From Sedimentisphaera cyanobacteriorum (lineage in GTDB: Bacteria; Planctomycetota; Phycisphaerae; Sedimentisphaerales; Sedimentisphaeraceae): DNA of 32,000 nt. The stretch is from assembly GCF_001997385.1 (NCBI RefSeq), contig NZ_CP019633.1, positions 1,050,001 to 1,082,000 of the forward strand, given 5' to 3'. Under the pieces are notes generated by a model. The model searched no databases. It was not told where the DNA came from and saw only the letters and a program-made list of their open reading frames with translations. This document shows, piece after piece, positions 1-9,909 of the stretch (its first letter is position 1; each line of letters begins with the position of its first letter). Both the position numbers and the translations under genes were made by a program.

Positions 1-2025
1 CTTGTCTGCCCGCCGGCAGAAGCGCCCGTCAAAATCTGCCTCGATAAAGATTACGAAGATATTCGAGACCGCAGCGACTACGCAATTTGCAGCAATGAGA
101 TTGGCAGTATGGCGCAGGTTCGCAGCCGCTGGGGAGAGATTGCAAGCAAATATGACACCCTTTTTGCGGCTAATTTAAACCCTGACTTTCCTACAGACCG
201 CATAGCCTCTCTCGTGAGGTGCAGAGTATGGCTGAGATACAGAGACTACAGCACTCCGCTTGAGGCGAGCTGCCAGAAGAGTTTTACAACAGATATGGAA
301 AACCGAATTCTATGGGAATTTCAGGCACCCGCAGGCATGGGCAAGATGGTGCCGTTCAAAATCATACTCGATTTCAGCCAAACTGCCAACACCGCCGTAT
401 TGCGATTCAGCAGGCCTGAGGCAGACAATTCTGGCCTGTGTCTAAATGACGGCGAGCAGGTTCGGGTGATAGTGCGTCCGGATGTAGATGCAAGGCTCTG
501 CCATATGGTTACCAAGGCATACAAAGGGCCGGAGCGGGATTATGAAAAGATGAAAAACCATACCAAGCGAAAGCTAATATTCAGCCATTCACAAAATTAC
601 AGGCTTACATTGGAATCAGAGAAGGGCAATTTCACGCCGCAGAGCGAGTGGAAATATATGAACAATTTGCCGATTGAGGAGCAAAGAGGCCTTGAGAGCA
701 CAACCGATTTGTTCAGCCCGGGCTATTTCAGCTTCAACCTTGCAGGCGGAGAGCATTCAGGGCTATGCATTGCGGTCAATGAAGATAAGCCAAAGGCTTT
801 CAGCGAAGTTAAAGAACCAGAATCAGGCCTTGAATACAAGATCCAGAGCCTGCTTAAAACTGCCCTGAAACGGTATATCGTTAGAAGGGGCGAATTCAGC
901 ACGGTTCTTGCAGGCTTCCCTTGGTTTCTGGACTGGGGCAGGGACACACTGATTGCCCTAAGAGGCTTTATCGCGGCAGGCTTTTACGAGCAGTCCCGCA
1001 AGATAATCCTGCAGTTTGCGAAATTCGAAGAAGGCGGAACGCTGCCGAATATGATAAGAGGCGAAGATGTGTCAAACCGCGACACCTCCGATGCACCGCT
1101 CTGGCTTTTTGCTGCTGTAAAGGAATATATATCATATTGCAGCAAGGATATACTGAAAGAGAAAGTGGGCGGGAGGACATTGCTGGAGGTTCTCGAATCG
1201 ATTGCGGAGAATTATCATAGAGGCACTGCTAACGGGATAAAAATGGATGAGCAGTCCGGGCTGATTTTCAGCCCGTCGCACTTTACGTGGATGGACACCA
1301 ACTACCCCGCCTCCACGCCGAGAGAAGGCTATCCTGTGGAAATTCAGGCGCTTTGGGAAGCGGCACTGAGATTCCTGTCGCAAACCGAAACGAAGAATCC
1401 TTCCCGCTGGGCAAAGCTTGGGGAGAAGGTTAGAGAAAACATTTCCGTGTTATACGAAAATAAAAACGGCCTTTCAGACTGCCTGCACTGCACCGCAGGA
1501 ACGCCTGCAAGCGAAGCGAAGGCAGACGACCACTGCCGATGCAATCAGCTTTTTGCGGTAACTCTTGGTGCTTTAACCGACAAAAGGCTCGCTGAGAAAA
1601 TCCTGCAAAACTGCCAGAGACTTTTAGTTCCCGGCGGAATACGTTCTTTAGCTGATGAGCCTGTGGAATATGAGCTGGCGGTTAAAGATGACAGCGGCCG
1701 GCCGCTGAACGATGCAGGCTGCCCCTATAAGGGCATTTACGGGGGCGATGAAGACACAAGCAGAAAGCCTGCATACCATAACGGCACAGCTTGGGGATGG
1801 GTTCTGCCTTCATACTGCGAAGGGCTTGCAATGGTGCACGGAAGCAGCGGAATCAGCACGGCGAAGGCAATTATAAAAGCTGCATCGCAAACTATTCAGA
1901 CAGGGTGCATAGGTCATCTTCCTGAGATACTTGATGGCAATGCCCCCCACCACCAGCGAGGCTGCAAAGCCCAGGCTTGGAGCGTGAGCGAATTTTACCG
2001 AATAGCCAAAACTCTGGAAATATAG
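1..2025 (+). CDS. Glycogen debranching enzyme / amylo-alpha-1,6-glucosidase family protein (GDE C-terminal type); 5' end lies outside the window
   Basis: ORF 109..2025 stays open in the same frame back to nt 1, with no in-frame stop upstream of 109, so the gene is cut by the window edge. Translation carries motifs I associate with the GDE_C family: FPWFLDWGRDTLIALRG, DAPLWLF, FTWMD, YHNGTAWGW, AQAWSVSE. Confidence 0.75.
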   Translation, partial: LVCPPAEAPVKICLDKDYEDIRDRSDYAICSNEIGSMAQVRSRWGEIASKYDTLFAANLNPDFPTDRIASLVRCRVWLRYRDYSTPLEASCQKSFTTDMENRILWEFQAPAGMGKMVPFKIILDFSQTANTAVLRFSRPEADNSGLCLNDGEQVRVIVRPDVDARLCHMVTKAYKGPERDYEKMKNHTKRKLIFSHSQNYRLTLESEKGNFTPQSEWKYMNNLPIEEQRGLESTTDLFSPGYFSFNLAGGEHSGLCIAVNEDKPKAFSEVKEPESGLEYKIQSLLKTALKRYIVRRGEFSTVLAGFPWFLDWGRDTLIALRGFIAAGFYEQSRKIILQFAKFEEGGTLPNMIRGEDVSNRDTSDAPLWLFAAVKEYISYCSKDILKEKVGGRTLLEVLESIAENYHRGTANGIKMDEQSGLIFSPSHFTWMDTNYPASTPREGYPVEIQALWEAALRFLSQTETKNPSRWAKLGEKVRENISVLYENKNGLSDCLHCTAGTPASEAKADDHCRCNQLFAVTLGALTDKRLAEKILQNCQRLLVPGGIRSLADEPVEYELAVKDDSGRPLNDAGCPYKGIYGGDEDTSRKPAYHNGTAWGWVLPSYCEGLAMVHGSSGISTAKAIIKAASQTIQTGCIGHLPEILDGNAPHHQRGCKAQAWSVSEFYRIAKTLEI

Positions 2026-2035
2026 AAGCAGGGGG

Positions 2036-2998
2036 CTATCTTATGCCGATATTGTGCCTTGCTTTTGCGAGCGTTTCACTGGCCGCTGCTCTGGCCTTCT
2101 GGGCGCCGTCTTTTAAAACCTTCTCAATGTATGCCGGATCCTTATCGAGCTCTTCCCGTTTCTCTCTGTACGGCTTGAAAAACTCAAGCATAAGCTCCGC
2201 AAGGCGTTTTTTAGCATCTCCATACCCCATTCCGCCTTCACGGTATTTCTTGTCCCATTCTTTGAGCTCCTCTTCTGAAGCGAAAAGCCTGAGCAGAGCA
2301 AAAACGCTGCACGTATCTGGATTTTTCGGCTCATCCACGCCGGCAGAATCTGTTTTGATCTTCATAACCTTCTTGCGCATCTTCTTTTCCGGTTCGAAAA
2401 TCTCAATAGTATTGTCGTAGCTTTTGCTCATCTTCTGACCGTCGATCCCCGGAACAACCGCTACAGAGTCTATTATGTATTCCTTAGGTATCTTGAAGGT
2501 TTCGCCGTAGAGATGATTGAATTTCTGGGCAATATCGCAGGTAACCTCGATATGCTGCTTCTGGTCCGCCCCCACAGGTACAAGGTCGCTGTCGAAGGCG
2601 AGAATATCTGCCGCCTGAAGGAGGGGATAGGTGAAAAGCCCGTGATTGGCGGAAAGCCCTTTTGAGAGCTTGTCTTTATAGCTCACGCACCTTTCCATCA
2701 GCCCTACAGGGGTAACGCAGGATAAGAGCCACATCAGCTCCACCACTTCGGGGACATCTGTCTGCCGCCAGAATACTGTTTTCTCGGGATTCAGCCCCAG
2801 GGCAAGATAATCCGCTGCCACAGCGAAAACATAATCTCTAAGCGTATCCGGAGCAGGATTGCTTGTGAGCGCATGGTATTCGGCGATAAAATAAAATCCA
2901 TCGTTGGCGTCCTGAAGCTGAAGATGCTGTTTCATTGCGCCGAAATAATTTCCTATGTGCAGTCTTCCCGAGGGCTGAATTCCAGAGAGTATTTTCAT
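2036..2998 (-). CDS. trpS: Tryptophan--tRNA ligase
   Basis: 320 aa. The N-terminus GIQPSGRLHIGNYFGA carries the class I HIGN signature and a KMSKS loop is present (GQKMSKSYDN). Size and motifs fit bacterial TrpRS. Confidence 0.93.
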   Translation of the reverse strand: MKILSGIQPSGRLHIGNYFGAMKQHLQLQDANDGFYFIAEYHALTSNPAPDTLRDYVFAVAADYLALGLNPEKTVFWRQTDVPEVVELMWLLSCVTPVGLMERCVSYKDKLSKGLSANHGLFTYPLLQAADILAFDSDLVPVGADQKQHIEVTCDIAQKFNHLYGETFKIPKEYIIDSVAVVPGIDGQKMSKSYDNTIEIFEPEKKMRKKVMKIKTDSAGVDEPKNPDTCSVFALLRLFASEEELKEWDKKYREGGMGYGDAKKRLAELMLEFFKPYREKREELDKDPAYIEKVLKDGAQKARAAASETLAKARHNIGIR

Positions 2999-3025
2999 TT
3001 TGTTATCTCAAAAAAATGTTTGGTG

Positions 3026-3913
3026 TTATTTAATATTGTTTGCTGTCTTTGCAGAATCCACAGTATTGTACAGAAGCATCGTAATCGTCATAGGGCCAAC
3101 GCCGCCCGGTACAGGTGTAATAAAGGAGGCCTTCCTGCTTACAGCATCAAAATCTACATCGCCTATGAGCCTGTATCCCTTCTTCTTTGTATCATCGGGC
3201 ACGCGGTTAACACCTACATCAATCACAACCGCCCCGTCCTTGACCATATCAGCAGTAACCGAATTGGGCAGACCTGTAGCAGCAACAACGATATCTGCCT
3301 CGATGGTATGTTTTGAGATGTCTTTGGTTCTGGTATGGCATACCGTTACTGTTGCATTGCCAAGCTCGCTTTTCTGCATAAGTATATTTGCAAGCGGCTT
3401 TCCAACAATGTTGCTCCTGCCGACAATAACCACGTTTGCCCCTTCGAGCTTGACGCCGGCACGTTTTATCATTTGAACTATTCCATGCGGGGTGCAAGGC
3501 AGAAAGGCCTTCTGCCCAACTACGAGTTTGCCTACGTTCACTGGATGGAAGCCGTCCACATCTTTATCCGGATTCACCGCAAGCAGAACCTTCGCCTCGT
3601 CAATGTGTTTGGGGAGCGGAAGCTGAACGAGTATCCCATGTATTGATGGATCGCTGTTTTTTTCTTCTATCAGGGATAGAAGCTTTTCTTCTGATATATC
3701 AGAAGGGAGCTTGTTGTCGTCTGAGTATATCCCGATCTCTGCGCAGGCCTTCTCTTTAGCCCGAACATACGACTGAGATGCAGGGTCTTCCCCCACGAGT
3801 ATCACAGCGAGGCCGGGAGTGATTCCTTTGGCCTTAAGGCTTTCAACCTCCTGCTTCAGTTCCCCGCGTATGTCCGATGCCAACTGCTTGCCGCTGATTA
3901 TTTCTGCTGTCAT
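3026..3913 (-). CDS. folD: Bifunctional methylenetetrahydrofolate dehydrogenase / methenyltetrahydrofolate cyclohydrolase
   Basis: 295 aa. Motifs PGLAVILVGEDPASQSYVRAK, HGILVQLPLP, VVIVGRSNIVGKP and TPVPGGVGPMT are canonical FolD. An AGGAG Shine-Dalgarno precedes the ATG. The gene lies 27 nt upstream of trpS on the same strand. Confidence 0.93.
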   Translation of the reverse strand: MTAEIISGKQLASDIRGELKQEVESLKAKGITPGLAVILVGEDPASQSYVRAKEKACAEIGIYSDDNKLPSDISEEKLLSLIEEKNSDPSIHGILVQLPLPKHIDEAKVLLAVNPDKDVDGFHPVNVGKLVVGQKAFLPCTPHGIVQMIKRAGVKLEGANVVIVGRSNIVGKPLANILMQKSELGNATVTVCHTRTKDISKHTIEADIVVAATGLPNSVTADMVKDGAVVIDVGVNRVPDDTKKKGYRLIGDVDFDAVSRKASFITPVPGGVGPMTITMLLYNTVDSAKTANNIK

Positions 3914-3955
3914 AATAACTCCTGAACTTTAACATAATTCAATTCGAAGACGCAC

Positions 3956-3983
3956 ATTATCCTAAAGGCGGGTGCTTTGTCAA
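3956..3983 (-). promoter_or_regulatory. Sigma70-type promoter candidate for the folD-trpS operon
   Basis: The minus strand reads TTGACA (3983..3978), a 16-nt spacer, then GATAAT (3961..3956). This sits about 40 nt upstream of the folD ATG. Confidence 0.5.
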
Positions 3984-4062
3984 ACAGCAGATAGAGTGAA
4001 AATTAATTACAATTAAAGGCCTAACAGAGAATAATTTAAATATCGAAAAACCAGAAAATAGC

Positions 4063-5094
4063 TCATTGTTCTTTTTTGCGTTTTGTTTCGAGCAGCTGCC
4101 TTGCCAGCTCCTGCATATCTTCGACCGAATCAGTCTCGTCCACAATTTCCGCCCCGAGAAGGGTTTCCATTACATCCTCAAGGGTGATAATTCCCTCAGC
4201 CCCTCCATACTCATCGACCACGAGAAACAGATGCTCACTGCGTTTTAGGAATTCATCTAGCACAGCTTGCAGGCTCGCCAGCTCAGGTACAGCATGAATT
4301 GGGCGCGCTAGCTCGCTCACAGCGGCCTGCCCCCTGCCCTCGCTTCGCGCCTTGAAAAGGTCTCGCCGATGCAAAAGCCCTTTTACATCGTCCAGAGACT
4401 CGCCTACCACCGGAATGCGGGCAAATCTCGGCGGCTCGGTTTCAGTAACCTCCTGTACCGTCTGGTTTCCCCGAAGGGTGGTTACAACAGTTCTCGGAGT
4501 CATCACATCCTTCACTGTTACACTGCTGAGAGCGATTATGTTGCGCATTACCTGCGCCTCTTTGTGTTCGAGAGCACCTTTGAAGTGCGCAAGCCATGCA
4601 AGACTGCTTACCTCCTCGCGACTTATAACAGGCACGGCCTGCTTACCGCCCATTAGCTTGGAAATCCAGTTGCAAACCGCCACAAGAGGCTTTAGGAGCA
4701 AAACCAAACCCTGAACCGTCCAGACAGTGAAACAGGCAAGTTCCTTTGCGTGAACCGCACCGAGGGTTTTAGGAATTATCTCTGAGAACACAAGAATAAC
4801 AATCGTAAGCATAAAGCTCACCATGCCAACCCACCCCTCACCCCAGATCAAAGCTGCCTGAGTGCCCACTCCTGCTGCGCCGAGGGTATGGGCGAATGTA
4901 TTGAGCGTTAGGATTGCGGCAAGAGGCTGGTCAACATCATCCTTCATCTTTTCAAGACGCCTGCCGGCCCTGCTGCCCCTCTCAAGCATCAGCGCAACAT
5001 GAGAACGGGGAACACTCAAGAGAGCCGCCTCAAGGAGCGAACAAAGAAAAGATACGAATATGGCCAAAAACAAATAAGTTATAAATAGAATCAT
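4063..5094 (-). CDS. CNNM/DUF21 transmembrane domain plus tandem CBS-domain protein (hemolysin/CorB-like divalent-cation transporter family)
   Basis: 343 aa. The N-terminal half is hydrophobic (four predicted helices, SEIIPKTLG motif typical of DUF21). It is followed by a CBS pair (VKDVMTPRT..., ...LFLVVDEYGGAEGIITLEDVMETLLG). The protein ends shortly after the CBS pair, so no CorC/HlyC C-terminal domain is present. Confidence 0.8.
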   Translation of the reverse strand: MILFITYLFLAIFVSFLCSLLEAALLSVPRSHVALMLERGSRAGRRLEKMKDDVDQPLAAILTLNTFAHTLGAAGVGTQAALIWGEGWVGMVSFMLTIVILVFSEIIPKTLGAVHAKELACFTVWTVQGLVLLLKPLVAVCNWISKLMGGKQAVPVISREEVSSLAWLAHFKGALEHKEAQVMRNIIALSSVTVKDVMTPRTVVTTLRGNQTVQEVTETEPPRFARIPVVGESLDDVKGLLHRRDLFKARSEGRGQAAVSELARPIHAVPELASLQAVLDEFLKRSEHLFLVVDEYGGAEGIITLEDVMETLLGAEIVDETDSVEDMQELARQLLETKRKKEQ

Positions 5095-5489
5095 ATTGCA
5101 GAGATTCCTGAAATTAAAGGGCTTTTAGTTTTACATGTTACAAAACATATTTTTTTCATTTATTTTCATCTTAGACCCCAAAGATTTCATGTAAAGAGAA
5201 TTCCCTTTCCCTCCACCTCTGCTTAAAACAGGCCTTAATGCCGCTTTTAAGCCCTTCCGCTTAAAGAGTTTGAAAATAACGCAGATATTATCTGCCCGCA
5301 TTGCTTGACTTTTCAATTTTTTTATAGAAAATTAATAATTCTATTTCTTTGGTTATGATTATACTACCCGCTGCAATATCTCTTGCGGCATAAGTATGTA
5401 AAAAAATCGAGCGAGGTGTATCTTGCTCGGTTAATTTTATAATGGAAATAAAAACCTAAATCTTACGAATATTCTAAGGGAATCAGAAT

Positions 5490-7565
5490 ATGTCTGACTT
5501 AAGCAAACTTCGTAATATCGGCATAATGGCTCACATTGATGCCGGCAAAACGACCGTTACTGAACGAGTTCTGTTTTACACAGGACGCACCTACAAAATT
5601 GGTGAAACGCATGATGGCACTGCTGTTATGGACTACATGGAAGATGAGCAGTCCAGAGGTATTACCATTACCTCCGCTGCAACAAAATGCAGCTGGGACA
5701 ATTATGATATGAACCTGATTGATACGCCTGGACACGTTGATTTCACGGCAGAGGTAGAGCGTGCGCTGCGTGTGCTTGATGGTGCTGTGGCGGTATTCGA
5801 TGCCAGCGAGGGCGTACAGGCGCAGAGCGAAACTGTCTGGCGTCAGGGACAGAAATACAACGTTCCGTGCCTTTGCTTTATAAACAAGATGGACAAGATT
5901 GGTGCAGACTTCGAGATGAGCATCAAAAGCATCAAAGAAAAGCTTGATGCAAATCCTGTTACTATGCAAATTCCGATAGGAGCTGAGAACAATTTCGACG
6001 GCGTAATCGATCTTATGGAAATGAAGGCCTACTACTACACTCCCACAAAGGTTGGCGCAGATGTAGAGGTTAAGGATATCCCCGAACATCTCAAGGAAGC
6101 TGCAGACCAGTGGCGTCATAATATGGTTGAAAGCATCGCTGAATGCGATGAAGGGCTCATGGAGAAGTACCTCATGGAGGAAGAAATCTCCAACGATGAG
6201 CTCAAGAAGGTTGTCCGCGTAGAAACGGTAAACTGCCGGATGCATCCGGTTTATTTCGGCTCTGCACTCAAAGACAAGGGGGTAAGGAAGCTGCTTGACG
6301 GGGTAATTGAATACCTTCCTTCTCCGCTGGAAACACCTGCGATTACCGGGCTGAACCCTAAAGACGAAGAAGAAACTTACAGGGTAGAATGCGATCCCAA
6401 AAAACCGCTGGTTGCGCTTGCATTCAAGATTACTCACGATAAACACGGAGACCTTTACTTCGTGCGTGTTTATCAGGGCACGCTCAAGAGCGGCACAAGG
6501 GTTATGAACTCTACTAGGGACAAACGCGAAAACATCACCCGTATATTCGAGATGCACGCAGATGACAGAAAAATACGCGATGAAGTAAGAGCGGGCGATA
6601 TATTTGCCTGCGTAGGGCTCAAAGAAACCCTCACTGGCGACACGCTCTGCGATACAAACGCACCTATCCTTCTGGATACGATTAACTTCCCAGAGCCTGT
6701 GATAAGTATGAGCATTGAGCCGAAAAATTCTTCAGACAGAGCCAAGCTCGGAGATGCCCTTGGTTCGCTTAGAAGAGAAGACCCTACCTTCCAGACTAAG
6801 TACGACCCGGAAACAGGCCAGACTATAATCAGCGGTATGGGCGAGCTGCATCTGGATATCCTAAAAACACGAATAACCCGTGATATGAACGTCGATGTAA
6901 CGGTAGGCCAGCCAAAAGTTGCCTATAAAGAATGCATTACAAAGAATATTCAGCATCAGGGTAAATTTGTTCGTCAGTCCGGCGGCAGAGGTCAGTACGG
7001 TGATGTAGTAATCACGATGGAGCCGATTCTCGAGGAAGACGGAAACGTTAGCAACGATATAACATTTGAGAGCAAGATTGTAGGAGGCGCTGTCCCAAGG
7101 GAATTCTGGAACAGTGTCGAAAAAGGCTGCCGCGAGGCGCTTACCTCCGGAATACTTGCAGGATATCCTGTAGTCGGCGTGCACATTGAGCTTATTGACG
7201 GGTCGTTCCACTCAGTTGACTCTTCGGAGATGGCCTTTGAGCAGGCAGGTGCTATGGCAGTTAAAGAGGCTATGGCAAAGGCCGGGCCGAAACTGCTTGA
7301 ACCGATTATGAAGCTTCAAGTGGTTGTTCCGGATTCTGCTTTCGGGCCGGTCCAGAGCAATCTTATAAGCAAGCGCGGAATGGTTACAGACTCACGCCTG
7401 AGCGGACAGATGAGAATCCTCGATGCCAAGGCCCCGCTTTCAGAGCTATTCGGCTATACAAGCGAGCTGAGAAGTGCTACTCAGGGACGCGGCTCTTTCA
7501 GCATGGAGCCGCTGAACTATGAGAAGGTTCCGGATAATATTGCACAGGATATTCTCTCAGACTAA
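5490..7565 (+). CDS. fusA: Translation elongation factor G
   Basis: 691 aa. GTPase motifs [17 protein letters not shown] and NKMD are present, and the sequence is collinear with canonical EF-G through domains II-V. Confidence 0.95.
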   Translation: MSDLSKLRNIGIMAHIDAGKTTVTERVLFYTGRTYKIGETHDGTAVMDYMEDEQSRGITITSAATKCSWDNYDMNLIDTPGHVDFTAEVERALRVLDGAVAVFDASEGVQAQSETVWRQGQKYNVPCLCFINKMDKIGADFEMSIKSIKEKLDANPVTMQIPIGAENNFDGVIDLMEMKAYYYTPTKVGADVEVKDIPEHLKEAADQWRHNMVESIAECDEGLMEKYLMEEEISNDELKKVVRVETVNCRMHPVYFGSALKDKGVRKLLDGVIEYLPSPLETPAITGLNPKDEEETYRVECDPKKPLVALAFKITHDKHGDLYFVRVYQGTLKSGTRVMNSTRDKRENITRIFEMHADDRKIRDEVRAGDIFACVGLKETLTGDTLCDTNAPILLDTINFPEPVISMSIEPKNSSDRAKLGDALGSLRREDPTFQTKYDPETGQTIISGMGELHLDILKTRITRDMNVDVTVGQPKVAYKECITKNIQHQGKFVRQSGGRGQYGDVVITMEPILEEDGNVSNDITFESKIVGGAVPREFWNSVEKGCREALTSGILAGYPVVGVHIELIDGSFHSVDSSEMAFEQAGAMAVKEAMAKAGPKLLEPIMKLQVVVPDSAFGPVQSNLISKRGMVTDSRLSGQMRILDAKAPLSELFGYTSELRSATQGRGSFSMEPLNYEKVPDNIAQDILSD

Positions 7566-7614
7566 TACCGGCTAAAAACAAAAATGTCCGCAAAACGGAC
7601 ATTTACTTCGCCTG

Positions 7615-7651
7615 AAGAAAGCCCGCTATTGAGAAAGCGGGCTTTCTTTTT
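7615..7651 (+). terminator. Rho-independent terminator after fusA
   Basis: A perfect 10-bp stem pairs GAAAGCCCGC (7617..7626) with GCGGGCTTTC (7637..7646). The loop is 10 nt and a T5 run follows (7647..7651). A second 9-bp hairpin (AAATGTCCG/CGGACATTT, 7582..7604) sits just upstream. Confidence 0.75.
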
Positions 7652-7703
7652 AAGTTTAGTTTGAATTGAACTCTGAAAATCCCAATCTTTTCTCAAAAAA
7701 GCC

Positions 7704-7732
7704 TTGCATACTTTCACCTAAATAACGATAAT
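7704..7732 (+). promoter_or_regulatory. Sigma70-type promoter candidate for rpsA
   Basis: TTGCAT (7704..7709), a 17-nt spacer, then GATAAT (7727..7732). This would give a leader of roughly 175 nt before the rpsA ATG at 7914. Confidence 0.45.
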
Positions 7733-7913
7733 GTTAATTTCATTCCGGCTTAACGGGATGTTTAAGCAGGCCTTGCGGATGCGTGATCCGATTCAAAAGG
7801 TCTGAATTTCAGTCAGCGCTGTGCAGCGGTTGTACAGCTGCCCCTTGCTGTGAAACGCAGGCACATCAAGGATAGTAAAGATTTATTACTCTGCGGAAAG
7901 GTTTTTAAATTTT

Positions 7914-9740
7914 ATGGTAGATTTTAATATTTATAAAAAGCTCGGAATCACCCCCGAGTCTCTCGAGCAGGAACTAAGCTCACTTTTCACCGAAGAACAC
8001 AAGGAACTCTTAAACGGCGTTGTTGAAGAAAAAGCAGAAGCACTCACTCCAGGATCAATTCACACAGGCAAAATCGTAGAGCAGATCGGCAGCGATGTTA
8101 TAGTGGAGCTCGGTCTTAAGAGCGAAGGGGTTGTGGATTCGAGCGAATTTGATGACCCTGAAGAGATCGTAAAAGATAAGCAGATAGATGTCTATCTGGA
8201 AGAAGTGGATGCTGAAGACGGCGTTATCCTTCTCAGCAAGCGCAAGGCTGACCGCATCAGGGGCTGGCAGGAAATTGTTAATACAAAGGGCGAAGGCGAT
8301 ATAGTTACCGGAAAGGTTACCCGCAGAATCAAAGGCGGACTGCTCGTGGATATCGGCGTGCCGGTATTCCTGCCTGCATCGCAGGTTGACATACGCAAGC
8401 CCGGGGATATCAGCAGGTTTATCGGGAATGATATAGAGTGTAAGATCCTCAAGATAGACACGGAAAACAAAAATATAGTAGTTTCCCGCAGGAAGATAAT
8501 CGAAGAAGAACGTCAGGCGAGCAAAGAGAAGCTCCTTCAGGACATCGAAATTGGACAGCGCCGCAAGGGCATTGTTAAGAATATCGCAGATTTCGGCGTA
8601 TTTGTTGACCTCGGCGGACTTGACGGACTCCTGCACATCTCTGATCTGAGCTGGGGGAGGGTTTCTCACCCATCTGAGGTTGTTGAACTGGATCAGGAAA
8701 TTGAATGCGTTGTTATCGGCGTAGATAAAGAGAATGAAAAAGTATCTCTCGGCCTGAAACAGAAATCAGAAAGCCCTTGGGAGAATGCTGAAAGCCGCTA
8801 CCCAGTCGGCAGCAAGGTTAAAGGCACTGTCGTAAACATTATGAACTACGGCATATTCCTCCGCCTTGAAGAAGGCATCGAAGGGCTTATCCATATCAGC
8901 GAGATGAGCTGGACAAAACGCATAGTTCATCCGGGCGATATCTTCGAAATTGGCCAAGAGGTAGAAGCTGTTGTTCTCGAAGTTAATAAAGAGAAACAGG
9001 AAATCAGCCTGAGCATCAAACAGCTCGAGGTGAATCCTTGGACTGTCGCAGCGCATAAGTACCCTCCGGGAACTGTAGTGAATGCGAAAGTTACCAGCCT
9101 AATGAACTACGGTGCATTTGCAACTATAGAAGAAGGCATAGACGGGCTCATTCACATCAGCGACCTGAGCTGGACAAAGAAATACAACCATCCGAACGAA
9201 GCCCTCGAAAAGGGGCAGGATATTCAGTGCGTTGTTCTTGAAGTGGATGAAGAGAAGCAGCGCATCAGCCTCGGCGTTAAGCAGCTTACCGAAGATCCTT
9301 GGGCAAAGGCAATCCCAGATACATATCTGCCCGGTCAGGTAGTTAAGGGCAAGGTAACCAAGATAACAAACTTCGGCGTTTTCATCGAGCTTGAAAACGA
9401 GCTTGAAGGCCTGCTTCACGTTTCAGAGCTTGCAGACCACAAGGTTGACAAGCCTCAGGACGTAGTGAGCGTGGGCGACGAGATTGAGGTTAAGATCCTC
9501 AGGGTGGATACAGAAGCCCGCAAGATCGGGCTGAGCCTAAGGCGTGTTCAGTGGGCTGCTGAAGACGCTGAAGCCGAGAAGGGCAAGGATGAATCTTCCG
9601 AACAGAAATCAGAAACCCAGGAACAGCATACTGCCTCGCCTGATTCGCAGGAACAGGATAATCCGAATCTGAGAGGCGGACTTGAAGGAGGCGATTTAAT
9701 GATCGACCCTTCCATCTTCGGCAAGAAAAAAGAAGAATAA
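7914..9740 (+). CDS. rpsA: 30S ribosomal protein S1
   Basis: 608 aa. Six tandem S1/OB repeats each carry the G.V..I..FG.F..L..G..GL.HISE pattern. The C-terminal tail is acidic and low-complexity. Confidence 0.93.
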   Translation: MVDFNIYKKLGITPESLEQELSSLFTEEHKELLNGVVEEKAEALTPGSIHTGKIVEQIGSDVIVELGLKSEGVVDSSEFDDPEEIVKDKQIDVYLEEVDAEDGVILLSKRKADRIRGWQEIVNTKGEGDIVTGKVTRRIKGGLLVDIGVPVFLPASQVDIRKPGDISRFIGNDIECKILKIDTENKNIVVSRRKIIEEERQASKEKLLQDIEIGQRRKGIVKNIADFGVFVDLGGLDGLLHISDLSWGRVSHPSEVVELDQEIECVVIGVDKENEKVSLGLKQKSESPWENAESRYPVGSKVKGTVVNIMNYGIFLRLEEGIEGLIHISEMSWTKRIVHPGDIFEIGQEVEAVVLEVNKEKQEISLSIKQLEVNPWTVAAHKYPPGTVVNAKVTSLMNYGAFATIEEGIDGLIHISDLSWTKKYNHPNEALEKGQDIQCVVLEVDEEKQRISLGVKQLTEDPWAKAIPDTYLPGQVVKGKVTKITNFGVFIELENELEGLLHVSELADHKVDKPQDVVSVGDEIEVKILRVDTEARKIGLSLRRVQWAAEDAEAEKGKDESSEQKSETQEQHTASPDSQEQDNPNLRGGLEGGDLMIDPSIFGKKKEE

Positions 9741-9761
9741 AATTCCCAAACTGAATCAAAC

Positions 9762-9792
9762 GGCCGGCAGGTTTAACTGCCGGTCTTTTTTT
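9762..9792 (+). terminator. Rho-independent terminator after rpsA
   Basis: Stem CCGGCAG (9764..9770) pairs with CTGCCGG (9777..9783) around a 6-nt loop. A T7 run follows (9786..9792). Confidence 0.8.
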
Positions 9793-9909
9793 CTCTTTGA
9801 AATTTCAATACCAGAAAAAAGCCTTAAGATTTCGGTTGAAGTAATCGAAACTAAGTACATAGTGATATTTTTGTTGCAAGATTTTAATAACTGAATATGG
9901 AGCATACTC

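Noticed and set aside
1977-2420. A 147-aa plus-strand ORF overlapping the 3' end of the debranching-enzyme gene and antisense to trpS.
   Set aside because: It is Ser/Leu-rich low-complexity sequence lying fully within trpS on the opposite strand. It is a shadow ORF.
3914-4062. A ZTP (pfl) riboswitch upstream of folD.
   Set aside because: The minus-strand leader is only about 40 nt after a strong TTGACA-16-GATAAT promoter. It lacks the GGGTCGTGAC / CCGCCTGGGCA-type conserved segments.
5281-5295. The perfect 15-bp palindrome GCAGATA-T-TATCTGC shares its 7-mer arms with a second palindrome, TATCTGC-TT-GCAGATA, at 19835..19850 (just after the stop of the chorismatase-like gene). It was considered as a shared operator.
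   Set aside because: The arms are in opposite (inverted versus everted) arrangement, so one dimeric regulator would not read both. A given 7-mer is expected a few times by chance in 32 kb of double-stranded DNA. The 1-2-nt centres are too tight for RNA hairpins. This is probably coincidence.
5131-5316. A 61-aa minus-strand ORF in the AT-rich fusA upstream region. This region also contains GCTTAAAA/TTTTAAGC inverted repeats.
   Set aside because: There is no Shine-Dalgarno sequence, the composition is Lys/Arg-rich and low-complexity, and no motif is recognisable. It lies in promoter-type AT-rich DNA. The repeats are short and AT-rich.
5499-6557. A 352-aa ORF antisense to fusA. Similar long antisense ORFs occur at 8055..8669 (in rpsA), 10198..10659 (in the DUF164 gene) and 28072..28749 (in mutL).
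   Set aside because: Each lies entirely inside a confidently identified conserved gene on the other strand. Their translations are low-complexity or hydrophobic noise with no recognisable motifs. These are typical shadow ORFs.
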